From the NCBI GenBank assembly GCA_050251055.1, contig JBFWNL010000007.1, forward strand, positions 1 through 64,000: a stretch of DNA of 64,000 nt, read 5' to 3'. Below the pieces are notes generated by a model that saw only the letters and a list, made by a program, of their open reading frames with translations, had not been told where the DNA came from and did no database searches. Position 1 is the stretch's first letter. Each line of letters opens with the position of its first letter. The position numbers and the translations under genes are program-made. The stretch comes from Bacteriovoracia bacterium (lineage in GTDB: Bacteria; Bdellovibrionota; UBA1018; JBFWNL01). Positions 47,493 to 57,309 of this stretch are shown in pieces.

Positions 47493-50015
47493 ATGAAGGT
47501 AGGAAGTAGTACGTCCGTGGAAAAGATAAGTCGCAGCCCTCATTTCCGAATCCGTTTAGCGGGAGTATGTCTCGCGGTCGCCCTTTTGCCGGGATGTCTG
47601 AAGTACGCGCTCGTGGCTCCGAAGACATCCGGCGTGGAAACCCCGGGCGAAGAGGGCGAGGCTCCGGTCGTGCTGAGTCTCACCGTGGATCCCCGATACG
47701 CGAACGCCGCCAAGTGGAATGATTACGTCAGGACCGCGAACTACGTTTCCGCATGTACGGGAGCCGAGGCGCCCACTCGTCCGTCTCCTTGCATGCATGG
47801 CGGGGACAAACGCAAAGTCGTGATCACGGGCCAGACGAGCTGCACGGGATTAACCCTCACGGATAGCGTGGGCGCGTTTGATTGGACCTGCGACGAAAGC
47901 GGCGGGACCGCTACGTTCTATTCTACCTTAAAAGATTCCATAAGATTGGCTGACTTGATCGACATCAGCGTTCCGGCCACTCCGGCGTGGAAGACGATGT
48001 CGGTGAGTCTCGTAGGGCCGAATGGATTGACTGGGGCAAGCACCGCGACCGTGTGGTGGACAAACACGGTGACGCGCATCCAGACGGACGTGGCGGTACA
48101 GGATCTGAACGTCGCGTCCACGATCTACGTGGCTACGGGAAATATCACCACATATGGGCTGAGTCTCAACGCCGATAAGGCGGCGCTCGTGATTCCTTCG
48201 TCGTATACGGCTACGTTCGCCGATACGACCACGGACAACACCAATACTGTAAACGGCGAGAGCGGGGCTAACTGGCGAAGCATCGTCCTGGCGGGCGCGC
48301 AGAATTTTTTGTGGATCGAAGGTTCGTTTTCGGGCGGCGTGGGCGCCACGAACTTGCCCGATGCCGGGATCTTCTTTTTTACCGTCGGTTTTTCCAGCGT
48401 GAGACACGCACAGGTTTCCCGTATTCGTGGCAAGCACGGCACTACTGGTTCGGCTCGGACGGGATTGGGCATCACCCATCGGGGTACGTCGATTTGCAAC
48501 GTATTCGATCAAATCAGCATCAGTAACGTGGCGGGCGGCGATTCCGGCGCCGTCATGTTTAGCTCCGCCTCTGCGTTGGGGTTGCACGTGACGGGTGGAT
48601 CCCACGATGTCTTTCGGCGTTTCACCATTAACAACATTCGCGGAGGATCGGGCTTGGATATGTCCACTCCGAATACCTCGAACTACGGGACCAATGGCGG
48701 GGCGGCGACCGGCGCTTCCATTCCGGCCACCGTTTCCACCATGACGCTCTCCGAATTTGTAATTTCGAACGTTTCCGGAGGAAAGGGCGGTTTCGGGTCG
48801 ACGAGCACGAGTGGCTCGCTCGCAAATTATGGAGGAAATGGGGGAATTGCGACCGGTCTTGCGTTTGGTGCGTCGAGCCACTCGGTCGCAAGCGGCGGCA
48901 CGATCGTCAATGTGGTAGGGGGTTCGGCCGGCAAGGGAGGAAACTGTGTCGGTTGTACGAATGGAAATGGCGGCCTGGGTGGGTACGGTGGTGCGGGTCG
49001 TGGGATCTACAACAATGGATCCTCTAGCCTGAATACGGTCCTTCAGAACTTGGTAGTGGCGAATGTTTATTCGGGGGATGGTGGAGACGGCGGAGATACG
49101 GATCAAATGGCCGGCGCCGGTGGCGACGCAGGTGAGGCTGGCTTATCCACGGGATTTTATATCAATACCACCGGCACTTCTGAGTATAGTTTTGCCCAGA
49201 TTGCGGTAGGTCAGATGGCGTCAGGGGGCGGGGGCAAGGAAGGAAACAATACCGGCGGCGGTTCGGCTGGCTTCCCTGGTGTGGCCTACAATCCTCAAAA
49301 CTTTTCTTTCAACACCAGCCAGAATAATCGATTCACCGGCAACGTACTCATGGATGTGGTCGCTTGTGACGGCACTGGGCAGCAGGGTTTAGATAATACC
49401 TGTAGTAACACCCCGGCGACTTCGGACGCGGTAATCGACAAGAGCGTGTTTTTCGGCTCGGCTTTTGTGGGCTATCTCAATGCCGACGATTCCGTGAACA
49501 CAACGGATACCGCCGGCGTCGCGGCGTCTCCAGCCGCGGTGGACTGGGTGAGGTTCGCCAATCCGATGCGCAACTGGATGCCATCCTCCGTGAACAAATT
49601 TGATTTGTCGGCCGCGGTTCATTGGGACTCGGGCGCGGGGCAGATCGTGGATTGGAGTTTGCTTGCCGTTGATACGTGGCTATTGCGGACGGCTTGGAAT
49701 GGCCCTACGGGATCGCGCAACGGCGTGTTCGCTGCCGATACCGCCTGCCCCGTGGACGCCAATGGGGATGAGACGCTCAGCCACTCTTCGGGCGAAACGG
49801 TGCTGATGAATGCGGTCGAGATCGTGGGCGCGGTAGATGTCGACGGAACCTGGTCGGGCGATCACGACGGACTTTGCGAAGCCGGCGAAGTCTGTCTTTA
49901 TTCCCCGAACTTTGGCGCTTACCAAGGTCATGGCTCGATTGGCACCTGCACCTTTAGCGATCAGGGTGGCTTGGCCGGAATCACTCTGCGTGGTTATGCA
50001 TCCAACGGTCGCTAG
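47493..50015 (+). CDS. Large surface lipoprotein, beta-helix with Gly-rich inserts and Cys-rich caps
   Basis: LPGC lipobox; WNDYV..C..CMHGG N-cap; NAVEI...DGLCE..EVCLYSPNFGAYQGHG C-cap. Confidence 0.8.
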   Translation: MKVGSSTSVEKISRSPHFRIRLAGVCLAVALLPGCLKYALVAPKTSGVETPGEEGEAPVVLSLTVDPRYANAAKWNDYVRTANYVSACTGAEAPTRPSPCMHGGDKRKVVITGQTSCTGLTLTDSVGAFDWTCDESGGTATFYSTLKDSIRLADLIDISVPATPAWKTMSVSLVGPNGLTGASTATVWWTNTVTRIQTDVAVQDLNVASTIYVATGNITTYGLSLNADKAALVIPSSYTATFADTTTDNTNTVNGESGANWRSIVLAGAQNFLWIEGSFSGGVGATNLPDAGIFFFTVGFSSVRHAQVSRIRGKHGTTGSARTGLGITHRGTSICNVFDQISISNVAGGDSGAVMFSSASALGLHVTGGSHDVFRRFTINNIRGGSGLDMSTPNTSNYGTNGGAATGASIPATVSTMTLSEFVISNVSGGKGGFGSTSTSGSLANYGGNGGIATGLAFGASSHSVASGGTIVNVVGGSAGKGGNCVGCTNGNGGLGGYGGAGRGIYNNGSSSLNTVLQNLVVANVYSGDGGDGGDTDQMAGAGGDAGEAGLSTGFYINTTGTSEYSFAQIAVGQMASGGGGKEGNNTGGGSAGFPGVAYNPQNFSFNTSQNNRFTGNVLMDVVACDGTGQQGLDNTCSNTPATSDAVIDKSVFFGSAFVGYLNADDSVNTTDTAGVAASPAAVDWVRFANPMRNWMPSSVNKFDLSAAVHWDSGAGQIVDWSLLAVDTWLLRTAWNGPTGSRNGVFAADTACPVDANGDETLSHSSGETVLMNAVEIVGAVDVDGTWSGDHDGLCEAGEVCLYSPNFGAYQGHGSIGTCTFSDQGGLAGITLRGYASNGR

Positions 50016-50082
50016 ACCGCAGCGATCAATCGAGTATTCGTGGCAATTAGCAAATTCCGTCACATCGTGCGAGAATCGGGGG

Positions 50083-50517
50083 ATGCGATGGCGACCCTGG
50101 CTGGGCGCGGGTTGGGCATTGAGTCTACTCGCCTGCGCTTCCACCGCGAATATTCCCAAACCGAAGCATGAGAAACACCGCTTCCCCAAGGAAGCGATGA
50201 TTGGCGTGCCACCGCCCGACGTCAATCGTCCCTACGAAGTGTTGGGCGAGGTACGGGCCCGTGCCAATTTCATGTCGATCGACGCCGAAGACGACGAAGA
50301 GAAGATGTGTCAAAACTACTTCAACCAGGCCGTTCAGAAACTCGTGAGTTTGGCCAAGGCCAAGGGCGCGGACGCGGTCATCGACGTGAAATCCGTGGTC
50401 TTTTTGGTCGACGGACGCTCCGAGCTCTTCCCCCGGGCCGAATGTGCCGATGAGGGGGGAGAAGGCCAGGCCCTCGCCCGCGGCGTGGCTATCCGCTGGA
50501 AACCTCAGCCAAAATAA
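50083..50517 (+). CDS. Small lipoprotein, YbjQ/RcsF-like fold
   Basis: LLAC lipobox; RPYEVLGEV...AKAKGADAVIDV...ARGVAIRW. Confidence 0.7.
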   Translation: MRWRPWLGAGWALSLLACASTANIPKPKHEKHRFPKEAMIGVPPPDVNRPYEVLGEVRARANFMSIDAEDDEEKMCQNYFNQAVQKLVSLAKAKGADAVIDVKSVVFLVDGRSELFPRAECADEGGEGQALARGVAIRWKPQPK

Positions 50518-50521
50518 CCGT

Positions 50522-50548
50522 TCAATTTTAAAGCGTTTCTTCCGATAA
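50522..50548 (+). promoter_or_regulatory. Putative sigma28 (FliA) promoter
   Basis: TCAA-N15-TCCGATAA upstream of the kinase gene. Confidence 0.55.
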
Positions 50549-50571
50549 GAACCCTGAAGGAATCTGTCCTG

Positions 50572-52521
50572 ATGGGCCAGGAAGTACTCAAACGTTTCGA
50601 CCGCTACTACTTGCTCGACTCGATCGCGCAAGGGGGGATGGCCGAAATCTATCGCGCGCGACCCGCATCCTTGGATGGGGGAGGCCGTCTTGTCATCATC
50701 AAGCGCATCCTGGCGGGCTACGGCAAGAACAAAGACTTCCGCCAGATGTTCAAATCCGAAATCAAGGTCATGATGGGGTTCAATCATCCCAACGTGATTC
50801 AGCTGCATGACTTCGGCGAAGTGGAAAATCAGCCGTTCATCGCGATGGAGTACATGGACGGCAAAAATCTGCGCCAGTTCATCTCGCGTTTCGGCAAGAA
50901 AAATGAAACCCTGCCCGTCGAGCTTGCCGTGTACATCATCGAGCAGGTCGCGGCCGGCCTGCATTATGCCCACACCTTCAAAGATAAAATTTCCGGCGAA
51001 TCTCTGCGTATCGTCCACCGCGACATCAGCCCGCAGAACATTCTCATTTCCTACGAAGGCAGCGTCAAGATCATCGACTTCGGCATCGCGAAGGCCTCCA
51101 CAAACCAGGATTCCACGCGGGTGGGAATTATCAAGGGCAAGCCGAGTTATCTTTCGCCCGAACAAATCACCGCGCAGCCGCTCGATGCGCGTAGTGACAT
51201 TTTCTCGTTGGGCACGGTGCTGTGGGAAGCGCTCACCGGCAAGAAGCTTTTCGCTGTAACCAACGGCGAAAATGAGTTTGCGGTCCTGAAGCTGATTGAA
51301 AGCTCGGACAGCTACGTGAAGCCACCGTCGACCCAGAATCCGGAAATTCCCCGTGAGCTCGACGATATCGTCATGCGTGCGCTCGCTAAAAGCCGCGAGA
51401 AGCGCTTCCAGAGCTGCGAGGAGCTGCAGCGCGCGTTATCGCGATTCCTGCGCACGGCTTACCCAGATTTCAGCCCGTCGGATCTTTCGCATTCGGCCAA
51501 GAACCTCTTTAGCGAAGATATCGTGGAAGACCGCAAGCAGCTGCAGCGGTTGAGCGCGCGAGTGGATCAGCTGCTGCAAGAGGCCCGCCCGGCCGATGAG
51601 ATTTCCAAGACCTTCGGCTCCGAAAAGCCCGCGGATTTGCCTCCTCCCCGGCATGATTTCGATCCCCCCAGCACGGTCCCGCCGGACATGAAAACTTCCA
51701 TCAGCGGAAGATTGGGGCGTCTGGGCTCCATCAATAAGATTGAAATCGAATCGTCCTCGGTACGCCCCGATACTTTCCAGGGTAAAGCACCCACGAAGCG
51801 GCCCGAACCGAAGTCCCGTTCCAAGTCCGATCGAAGGGGAGGAACTCCCTATCGGTATACGCCAAAACAGGACATGCGCCTCGAACCCGGCCGCTCGCGC
51901 GGGGGTACGTTCCGCTTCGTAGCCGTGGTGCTTGCCGCGGTCGCCGGTTACGTTTACGTGACCCAGCCGACTGGCCCGGTCCCCGACCGTGGTCCGGGAT
52001 CGGAGAGGACCCCGCGCCCGACGGAAACGCGCGCGACCACGGGTAAGACCGTGCTCCGCCTGGTGGTGAACCCCGGCCTTTGGGGCAAGGCGACGTTGAA
52101 TGAGCGCGTGCTCGACAACAGTCACCCGATCATGGAAGTGCCGCTGGACCGCCCGCTTGAGCTAGTCATCCAGCAGGACCGGTTTAAGCCGTTCAAGCGC
52201 GAGTTCGTGATCAATTCGCGCGAGGCGGGAAATCAGGCGGAGTGGGTGATGAATATCACCCTCGATCCGGTGGAGTTCGGCTATCTCTCGATCACCACCA
52301 CTCCGAGCGCGGAGGCGATCATCCGCGCGGTGGATCGGGGCGTTGCCTCCGAGTCCAAACCCTGGATTCTGACCACTCCGTTCGAGAACGAGAAGCTTCC
52401 CGCGGGGACTTACCGCATCCACCTCGAGAATAAGGTCTTGGGGATGGAGAAGAATATCGTCGTCGATATCAAGGATGGGAAGACCATCCGCATGGTCGAA
52501 AAACTCAACCTCACGCCTTAG
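50572..52521 (+). CDS. Membrane Ser/Thr protein kinase with PEGA-like C-terminus
   Basis: IAQGGMAEIY, IIK, HRDISPQN, DFG, SPE, DIFSLG; one TM. Confidence 0.96.
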   Translation: MGQEVLKRFDRYYLLDSIAQGGMAEIYRARPASLDGGGRLVIIKRILAGYGKNKDFRQMFKSEIKVMMGFNHPNVIQLHDFGEVENQPFIAMEYMDGKNLRQFISRFGKKNETLPVELAVYIIEQVAAGLHYAHTFKDKISGESLRIVHRDISPQNILISYEGSVKIIDFGIAKASTNQDSTRVGIIKGKPSYLSPEQITAQPLDARSDIFSLGTVLWEALTGKKLFAVTNGENEFAVLKLIESSDSYVKPPSTQNPEIPRELDDIVMRALAKSREKRFQSCEELQRALSRFLRTAYPDFSPSDLSHSAKNLFSEDIVEDRKQLQRLSARVDQLLQEARPADEISKTFGSEKPADLPPPRHDFDPPSTVPPDMKTSISGRLGRLGSINKIEIESSSVRPDTFQGKAPTKRPEPKSRSKSDRRGGTPYRYTPKQDMRLEPGRSRGGTFRFVAVVLAAVAGYVYVTQPTGPVPDRGPGSERTPRPTETRATTGKTVLRLVVNPGLWGKATLNERVLDNSHPIMEVPLDRPLELVIQQDRFKPFKREFVINSREAGNQAEWVMNITLDPVEFGYLSITTTPSAEAIIRAVDRGVASESKPWILTTPFENEKLPAGTYRIHLENKVLGMEKNIVVDIKDGKTIRMVEKLNLTP

Positions 52522-53195
52522 ACTTCGTACTTATATCCGACCCCATAAATCGAAATGATGTGCTTCGTAAGCGCCGGGATCTTCCGGCGCAGGGCGCGGA
52601 TGTGCACGTCGATCGTGCGATCGTTCGTTTTGCTCGACTGGTCCTTCCAGATTTCCTTCAGGATGTCCTCACGCGATACGATTGCGCCGGCTTTGGAGGC
52701 CAGGAAGCGGAGGATATCGAACTCGGTAAGCGTCAGCTGGATGCGCTTGCCGCCGTAAGTAATGTCGCGGCTGGCGGGATCGATCTTGAGATCGCCCAAC
52801 TGAATCGGCTGGGCCGCGCCTTCTTGCGCTTTACGCAACCGGGCGCGAATACGTGCCTGCAGTTCCTTATAGTCGAATGGCTTCGGGATATAGTCGTCGG
52901 CGCCGTTGCTCAGGCCGTGCGTGATATCCGTCACCGTGTTCTTGGCCGAGAGGAAGATGATCGGGATATGCTTCGTCTTCTCGTCTTTCTTGAGCAGGCT
53001 GCAGGTATCGTAACCGCTCAGGATCGGGAGCATGATGTCGAGCAAGATGATGTCCGGTGATTTATTGCGTGCGTAGTCGATGCCGATCACGCCGTTTTCC
53101 GCCGAGACGACCTCGAATTCTTTTCCCAGCATCACTTCCAAAAAACGTCGGGTGTCGGCGTTATCCTCAATGATCAGGATTCTATGCTTTTCCAT
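52518..53195 (-). CDS. OmpR/PhoB-family response regulator
   Basis: ILIIEDN, LLDIMLP, GADDYIPKPF, RTIDVHIRALRRK. Confidence 0.96.
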   Translation of the reverse strand: MEKHRILIIEDNADTRRFLEVMLGKEFEVVSAENGVIGIDYARNKSPDIILLDIMLPILSGYDTCSLLKKDEKTKHIPIIFLSAKNTVTDITHGLSNGADDYIPKPFDYKELQARIRARLRKAQEGAAQPIQLGDLKIDPASRDITYGGKRIQLTLTEFDILRFLASKAGAIVSREDILKEIWKDQSSKTNDRTIDVHIRALRRKIPALTKHIISIYGVGYKYEV

Positions 53196-53524
53196 ATGTC
53201 CGAATTGATCTCCGCTGATTTAAAGAAACGCAGCGATAACGCGCGCAGCGCTTCGAAGTGTTGATTTGACTCATCCAACGAACGGCACTTGATGGCATCC
53301 GCCAACAGGCCGTGCAATACTTTCTGCAGTTTTTCCACGCGCGCCTTCAAAAGCGCATTCTCGGCCTCAATGTCCTTGGCCAAATCAGGATTCTTGTTTT
53401 TCACCGCACCGGTGAGGCTGCGGCAGGCGCGCTCGATGTTGGAAATCTCATCCTTCATGCCTTGAATGCGGGCCGCGAGCTGCTGGTCCCGGGAGTCTGG
53501 CGAGTCTGTTTTGACTTCGCTCAT
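53174..53524 (-). CDS. Hypothetical coiled-coil protein
   Basis: Heptad-like helices; sits in a coupled minus-strand run. Confidence 0.65.
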   Translation of the reverse strand: MSEVKTDSPDSRDQQLAARIQGMKDEISNIERACRSLTGAVKNKNPDLAKDIEAENALLKARVEKLQKVLHGLLADAIKCRSLDESNQHFEALRALSLRFFKSAEINSDIWKSIES

Positions 53525-54126
53525 TAGGGCACCCACTTCAGGTCTTGAAGGACCTTATTTAAAATTCCGTCGAGTTCGGTCCGCTTGGCATCCAGCGGGC
53601 TCGCCCCCGTGAATGGCTCCGCGGTCCGCTGCGTGCGCAGCTGGGAAATTTCTTGCTCTAGTTCACGAATCGCCCGTTTGAGCGTGGAGTTCTCTTTGCG
53701 GGCTTTTTGCAGGCCTTCCGCGGCGGCGCTCATCGCTTGGATTTTTGCTTCGAGTTCGGCCTTTAACTTCGTCGCCGTTTCGAGGCGGGCTTTCCAGCGG
53801 GCCTCATCCTCGAGCAGCCCTGCCACCGGCGAAGCCGCGAGCGTGAGAGCCGCTTCTTCCGTCGGCGCGTCGCCGATGCCGGCGGCAGCACTCACAAGAA
53901 TCAAACGCGCACTCATCGTGGCGGCGGTATCTTTCAGGCCACGAATTTTCTGAAGGGATTCTGCGTCAATTTGGCTCACTGCGGCGAGATTTACGATCAG
54001 GACTGGAACGCTTGACTGTAAAATTTTTGTAACCCCGGCGCAGAGCACCGCAGCATCCTGAGGGGAAACCCCTTCGAGGACTTGAAGAACCTTCATTCCT
54101 TGCTTTTCTTCGAGTTTGAGCTTCAT
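53524..54126 (-). CDS. STAS-like domain plus coiled-coil protein
   Basis: LIVNLAAVSQID STAS-like segment followed by long coiled coil; start at ATG 54126. Confidence 0.6.
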   Translation of the reverse strand: MKLKLEEKQGMKVLQVLEGVSPQDAAVLCAGVTKILQSSVPVLIVNLAAVSQIDAESLQKIRGLKDTAATMSARLILVSAAAGIGDAPTEEAALTLAASPVAGLLEDEARWKARLETATKLKAELEAKIQAMSAAAEGLQKARKENSTLKRAIRELEQEISQLRTQRTAEPFTGASPLDAKRTELDGILNKVLQDLKWVP

Positions 54127-54220
54127 TATTTCAGAAAATTCACAATCTGTTTCTAATATAACTCTGTGAACTCGACTTTTCATCTCATTTCGAAAAATTT
54201 CCAGTTACTATTAAAAGAAG

Positions 54221-55324
54221 ATGGCACAGCCCACTGCGCCAAAGATCTCGGATCCTGGCATTGAGAGCGAACTGCTCCAGCTTCCTTGGTTGCAGGGAGT
54301 CGAGTTCGTTCCCCTCACTCAGAAGTTTTTTGCCGACATCGCCCCCAAGCTGCGTCTGCCGCGCACGAGCCACCAGATTCTTCACGCGTTCGCCCGCCCG
54401 GATGTTTCCGCGGATGATATCGCCCAGGCGCTGCGGGAAAATCCTTACTATGAGTTTCAGTTCCTAAAGATGATCGATTCGCTGTCCAAGCGTGAAGATC
54501 AACCCAGCGTCGAAGCCGCGGTTCCACTTTTGGGCATGACGAACTCGCGCAATCTGATTCTCGCGATGCAGCTGTTACGCACCGTGCAGGGTGTGCACCC
54601 CCCTTGGGATGACAACGGCAAGCTGCAAATGGCGCCGAAAGATACCATTCAGCTGACGTTGAAGTTGGAAGAGTCGCTCGGGCAGAAGAAAGAGGTTCAT
54701 GCCGAGACGACCTACGGCGCGGCCCTGATATACGATTATCTCGCCCAGATCTCGGGCGTGATTGGAGCGGACGCCAAGGCGCCCGAGGTGATCAAGGAGT
54801 TTTTCTCCGCGAGCTTGCGAGTGGCGAACGTGAGCCGGGGACTCGGGGACGTGCTGCCCGACATCACCTACAAAAAGTATCTTTTTGGAACTTGCCTCGC
54901 GGCGGGGGTGGGGCAGGCGATCTTCGCTCTGCTGGATCCGGCCTATCCGGCGTTCGTCGAGGAATTCAAAGAAAAGGGTGGGCCACCCCAGCTTCGGAGT
55001 CACCTTGAGCAGAAGAAGTACAAGGTTTCGCACCCACTCTTCGCGGCGCTTGCTTGCCATCACTTCGGCGTGTTGAAGCCCGTGGCCGCCGCGATTCTTT
55101 TCCAAGACGTGCCTTATTATTTAAAGGAGCGGAACAAAAACGCGTATCAGCTCGCCTGCGCCGTCAATCTCTGTCTCAATGTCGCCGCCAATTTCAAAAA
55201 GCCGACCGGCTTGCAAGACGTGCTGCTCGGGCTATGGAAGAGCCCAGAAACCGTGGGCATTCAGGTGGATTCCGCCAAGCTGACGGCGGCGGTCGAAAAG
55301 CTTGTGCAAAAAGGATTGAATTAG
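54221..55324 (+). CDS. HDOD-domain protein
   Basis: LP..SHQIL....PDVSADDIAQAL..NP, SVEAAVPLLG, EQKKYKVSH. Confidence 0.75.
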   Translation: MAQPTAPKISDPGIESELLQLPWLQGVEFVPLTQKFFADIAPKLRLPRTSHQILHAFARPDVSADDIAQALRENPYYEFQFLKMIDSLSKREDQPSVEAAVPLLGMTNSRNLILAMQLLRTVQGVHPPWDDNGKLQMAPKDTIQLTLKLEESLGQKKEVHAETTYGAALIYDYLAQISGVIGADAKAPEVIKEFFSASLRVANVSRGLGDVLPDITYKKYLFGTCLAAGVGQAIFALLDPAYPAFVEEFKEKGGPPQLRSHLEQKKYKVSHPLFAALACHHFGVLKPVAAAILFQDVPYYLKERNKNAYQLACAVNLCLNVAANFKKPTGLQDVLLGLWKSPETVGIQVDSAKLTAAVEKLVQKGLN

Positions 55325-55336
55325 CCGGTCCCGCGT

Positions 55337-55984
55337 TCAGGCGGCCTTGCGGTACTGCGCGAAGAGGAACTCTTCGGTGATTTCCTCTTCGTGCTCGCCC
55401 CACTTCGGGTGCGCTTGCATGAAGATCTTCACCAACTGCGGGTCGAACTGGCGTCCAGCGAAGGTCATGAGTTCCTTGTAAGCCACTTCGAACGGCAAGC
55501 CCTTGCGGTAGGGGCGAGTCGTGGTCATCGCGTCGAACGTGTCGGCGATCACGATGATGCGCGCGGCGAGCGGGATCTGATCCTGCTTGATGCCGTAAGG
55601 ATAGCCGCGGCCGTCCACGCGTTCGTGATGATGACGAATTCCTGGCAGCGTTGCGCGGAAGAAAGGAAGCGAGGTGAGCGGCGAGATGATCTCGGCGCTT
55701 TTCACGGGGTGTGCCTTTACGAGCTCGATTTCTTCAGGCGTCAGTTTTCCGGGCTTCAAAAGCACGGTGTCCGGAATGCCCATCTTGCCCAGATCGTGAA
55801 ACACGCTGGCGAACTCGATCACGCGTTGCTCGTAGTCACTGAGTCCGGCCGCCTTGGCGAGTAGCCGCGCGTTGCGCGCGACCCGACGGCAGTGACCGTA
55901 GGTGTAGGGGTCTTTTTCTTTGACGGCTCGAAGTAGAGCTTGCGCGACACTTTGAGCCCAGTCTGGGATATCATCCCAAGCCAT
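55337..55984 (-). CDS. Stand-alone HD-GYP phosphodiesterase
   Basis: KDPYTYGH, HDLGK, HHERVDGRGYP, ADTFDAM..RPYR; GAGG RBS. Confidence 0.95.
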   Translation of the reverse strand: MAWDDIPDWAQSVAQALLRAVKEKDPYTYGHCRRVARNARLLAKAAGLSDYEQRVIEFASVFHDLGKMGIPDTVLLKPGKLTPEEIELVKAHPVKSAEIISPLTSLPFFRATLPGIRHHHERVDGRGYPYGIKQDQIPLAARIIVIADTFDAMTTTRPYRKGLPFEVAYKELMTFAGRQFDPQLVKIFMQAHPKWGEHEEEITEEFLFAQYRKAA

Positions 55985-56187
55985 TCCATTTACCTCAAGT
56001 ATAGGATCGGAAAAGCCTTACTAATTCTGTAGATAATTGTTATCAAGTGATTTCAATAAGATAACTGCTTCCCCGATACGCTCTTCTCTCTGTAACTGCT
56101 CTAAAATGGTACCCATAACAACGCACTGTGTCAAATAGGCAAACCTTACCCATTCTGCTTTTTGAGGGGGATACCGAAGAGAAGGCT

Positions 56188-57291
56188 ATGAAGTGCCTAA
56201 GCCCTCTTCATTATTGGTTTTTTTTAGTCGGAGGGATTTCTCTCGGCGGCCTGAATTACGCTCATGCGCGGCTCGACTACATTCCGGGTTCCCGCTATAC
56301 GTCGGCGCGCGCGGCCGCACTCGGTGACGCTTTCATTCCGCTCGCCGAGGACGGCGCCTCGGCGCTTTTCTACAATCCGGCGATGATCGCGGGTTTGCGT
56401 AAGCCCCACTTCGAACCCCTGAATTTCCAGCTGCAGGCCAACACAGATCTCATGCGCATGCTGCGCCTCGATTTCTACAAAGCGATGAGCTTGAGTGGCT
56501 ATTTGCCCAACTTGCAGGGAAACGAAGACAAGTTTCCCGGCTTCGGCTACGCGCTTTTCCCCAACTTCTTCCTGAAGGGGATTTCCTTCGGCGTGCTTTA
56601 TCAAGGTCAGGTCGCGGGTCAGGTGACCGGCAGTAACGTACGTTACCGCAGCAAATATCAGTTGATCCCTACCTTCGGTTTCGGCGTGCCGCTCGCGCAC
56701 GGGATCGTGAAGCTGGGCTACTCGTTGCAGTGGGTGAATCAGGCTTCCGGCGATCTAACGGTGCCGGTCAGCAACGATCCGCTGGGTTACAACCAAGGGC
56801 TCGCGCAGGGTACGGGCATTTCCCACAATCTGGGTTTTACCATTACGTTTCCGGTGCGCCTCTTGCCGACGTTTAGCTTGGTCGCGCGCAATCTCGGGGG
56901 CCTGCACTGGTACAGCAACTCAACGCTTCTAGGGCTTTCGAAAAACCCCGCGGGCGCGCTCGAGGACGAGGCGATGAGCTTGGACGCCGCTTTCAGCTTC
57001 CGCGCGAACATGGGCAAAGGCTCGTACTCGAATATCGCGCTTCAACTTCGGGATGCTTTAGGATCTTCGGGGGCGTCGATGATTCGACGCCTGGCGGCCG
57101 GTTGGGAAATGGTTTTCGGATCGTTTCGCGTGCGCCTCGGCGTCAACAGCTTGTATCCGAGCGCGGGCTTGGGCTTTTCGCGGGAAACCGCCGACTTTGG
57201 CTTAACTTGGCACAGTGAGGATATCGGGACCGCCGCCGCTCCGAACCGGGACGTCCGATTCATCCTTCACTATCAGATACGCGCATTTTAA
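56188..57291 (+). CDS. Outer-membrane beta-barrel (FadL/PorV/TraF-like)
   Basis: Signal peptide; SARAAALGDAF...ALFYNPA plug motif; C-terminal F. Confidence 0.75.
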   Translation: MKCLSPLHYWFFLVGGISLGGLNYAHARLDYIPGSRYTSARAAALGDAFIPLAEDGASALFYNPAMIAGLRKPHFEPLNFQLQANTDLMRMLRLDFYKAMSLSGYLPNLQGNEDKFPGFGYALFPNFFLKGISFGVLYQGQVAGQVTGSNVRYRSKYQLIPTFGFGVPLAHGIVKLGYSLQWVNQASGDLTVPVSNDPLGYNQGLAQGTGISHNLGFTITFPVRLLPTFSLVARNLGGLHWYSNSTLLGLSKNPAGALEDEAMSLDAAFSFRANMGKGSYSNIALQLRDALGSSGASMIRRLAAGWEMVFGSFRVRLGVNSLYPSAGLGFSRETADFGLTWHSEDIGTAAAPNRDVRFILHYQIRAF

Positions 57292-57309
57292 CGGGAGAGG
57301 TCGCAAAGC

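Noticed and set aside
1715-52125. Long alternative-frame ORFs such as 1715-2596, 15333-16301, 23358-24290, 28355-29281, 47928-49106 and 50125-51165
   Set aside because: Antisense shadows of well-supported genes, expected in high-GC DNA; no motifs
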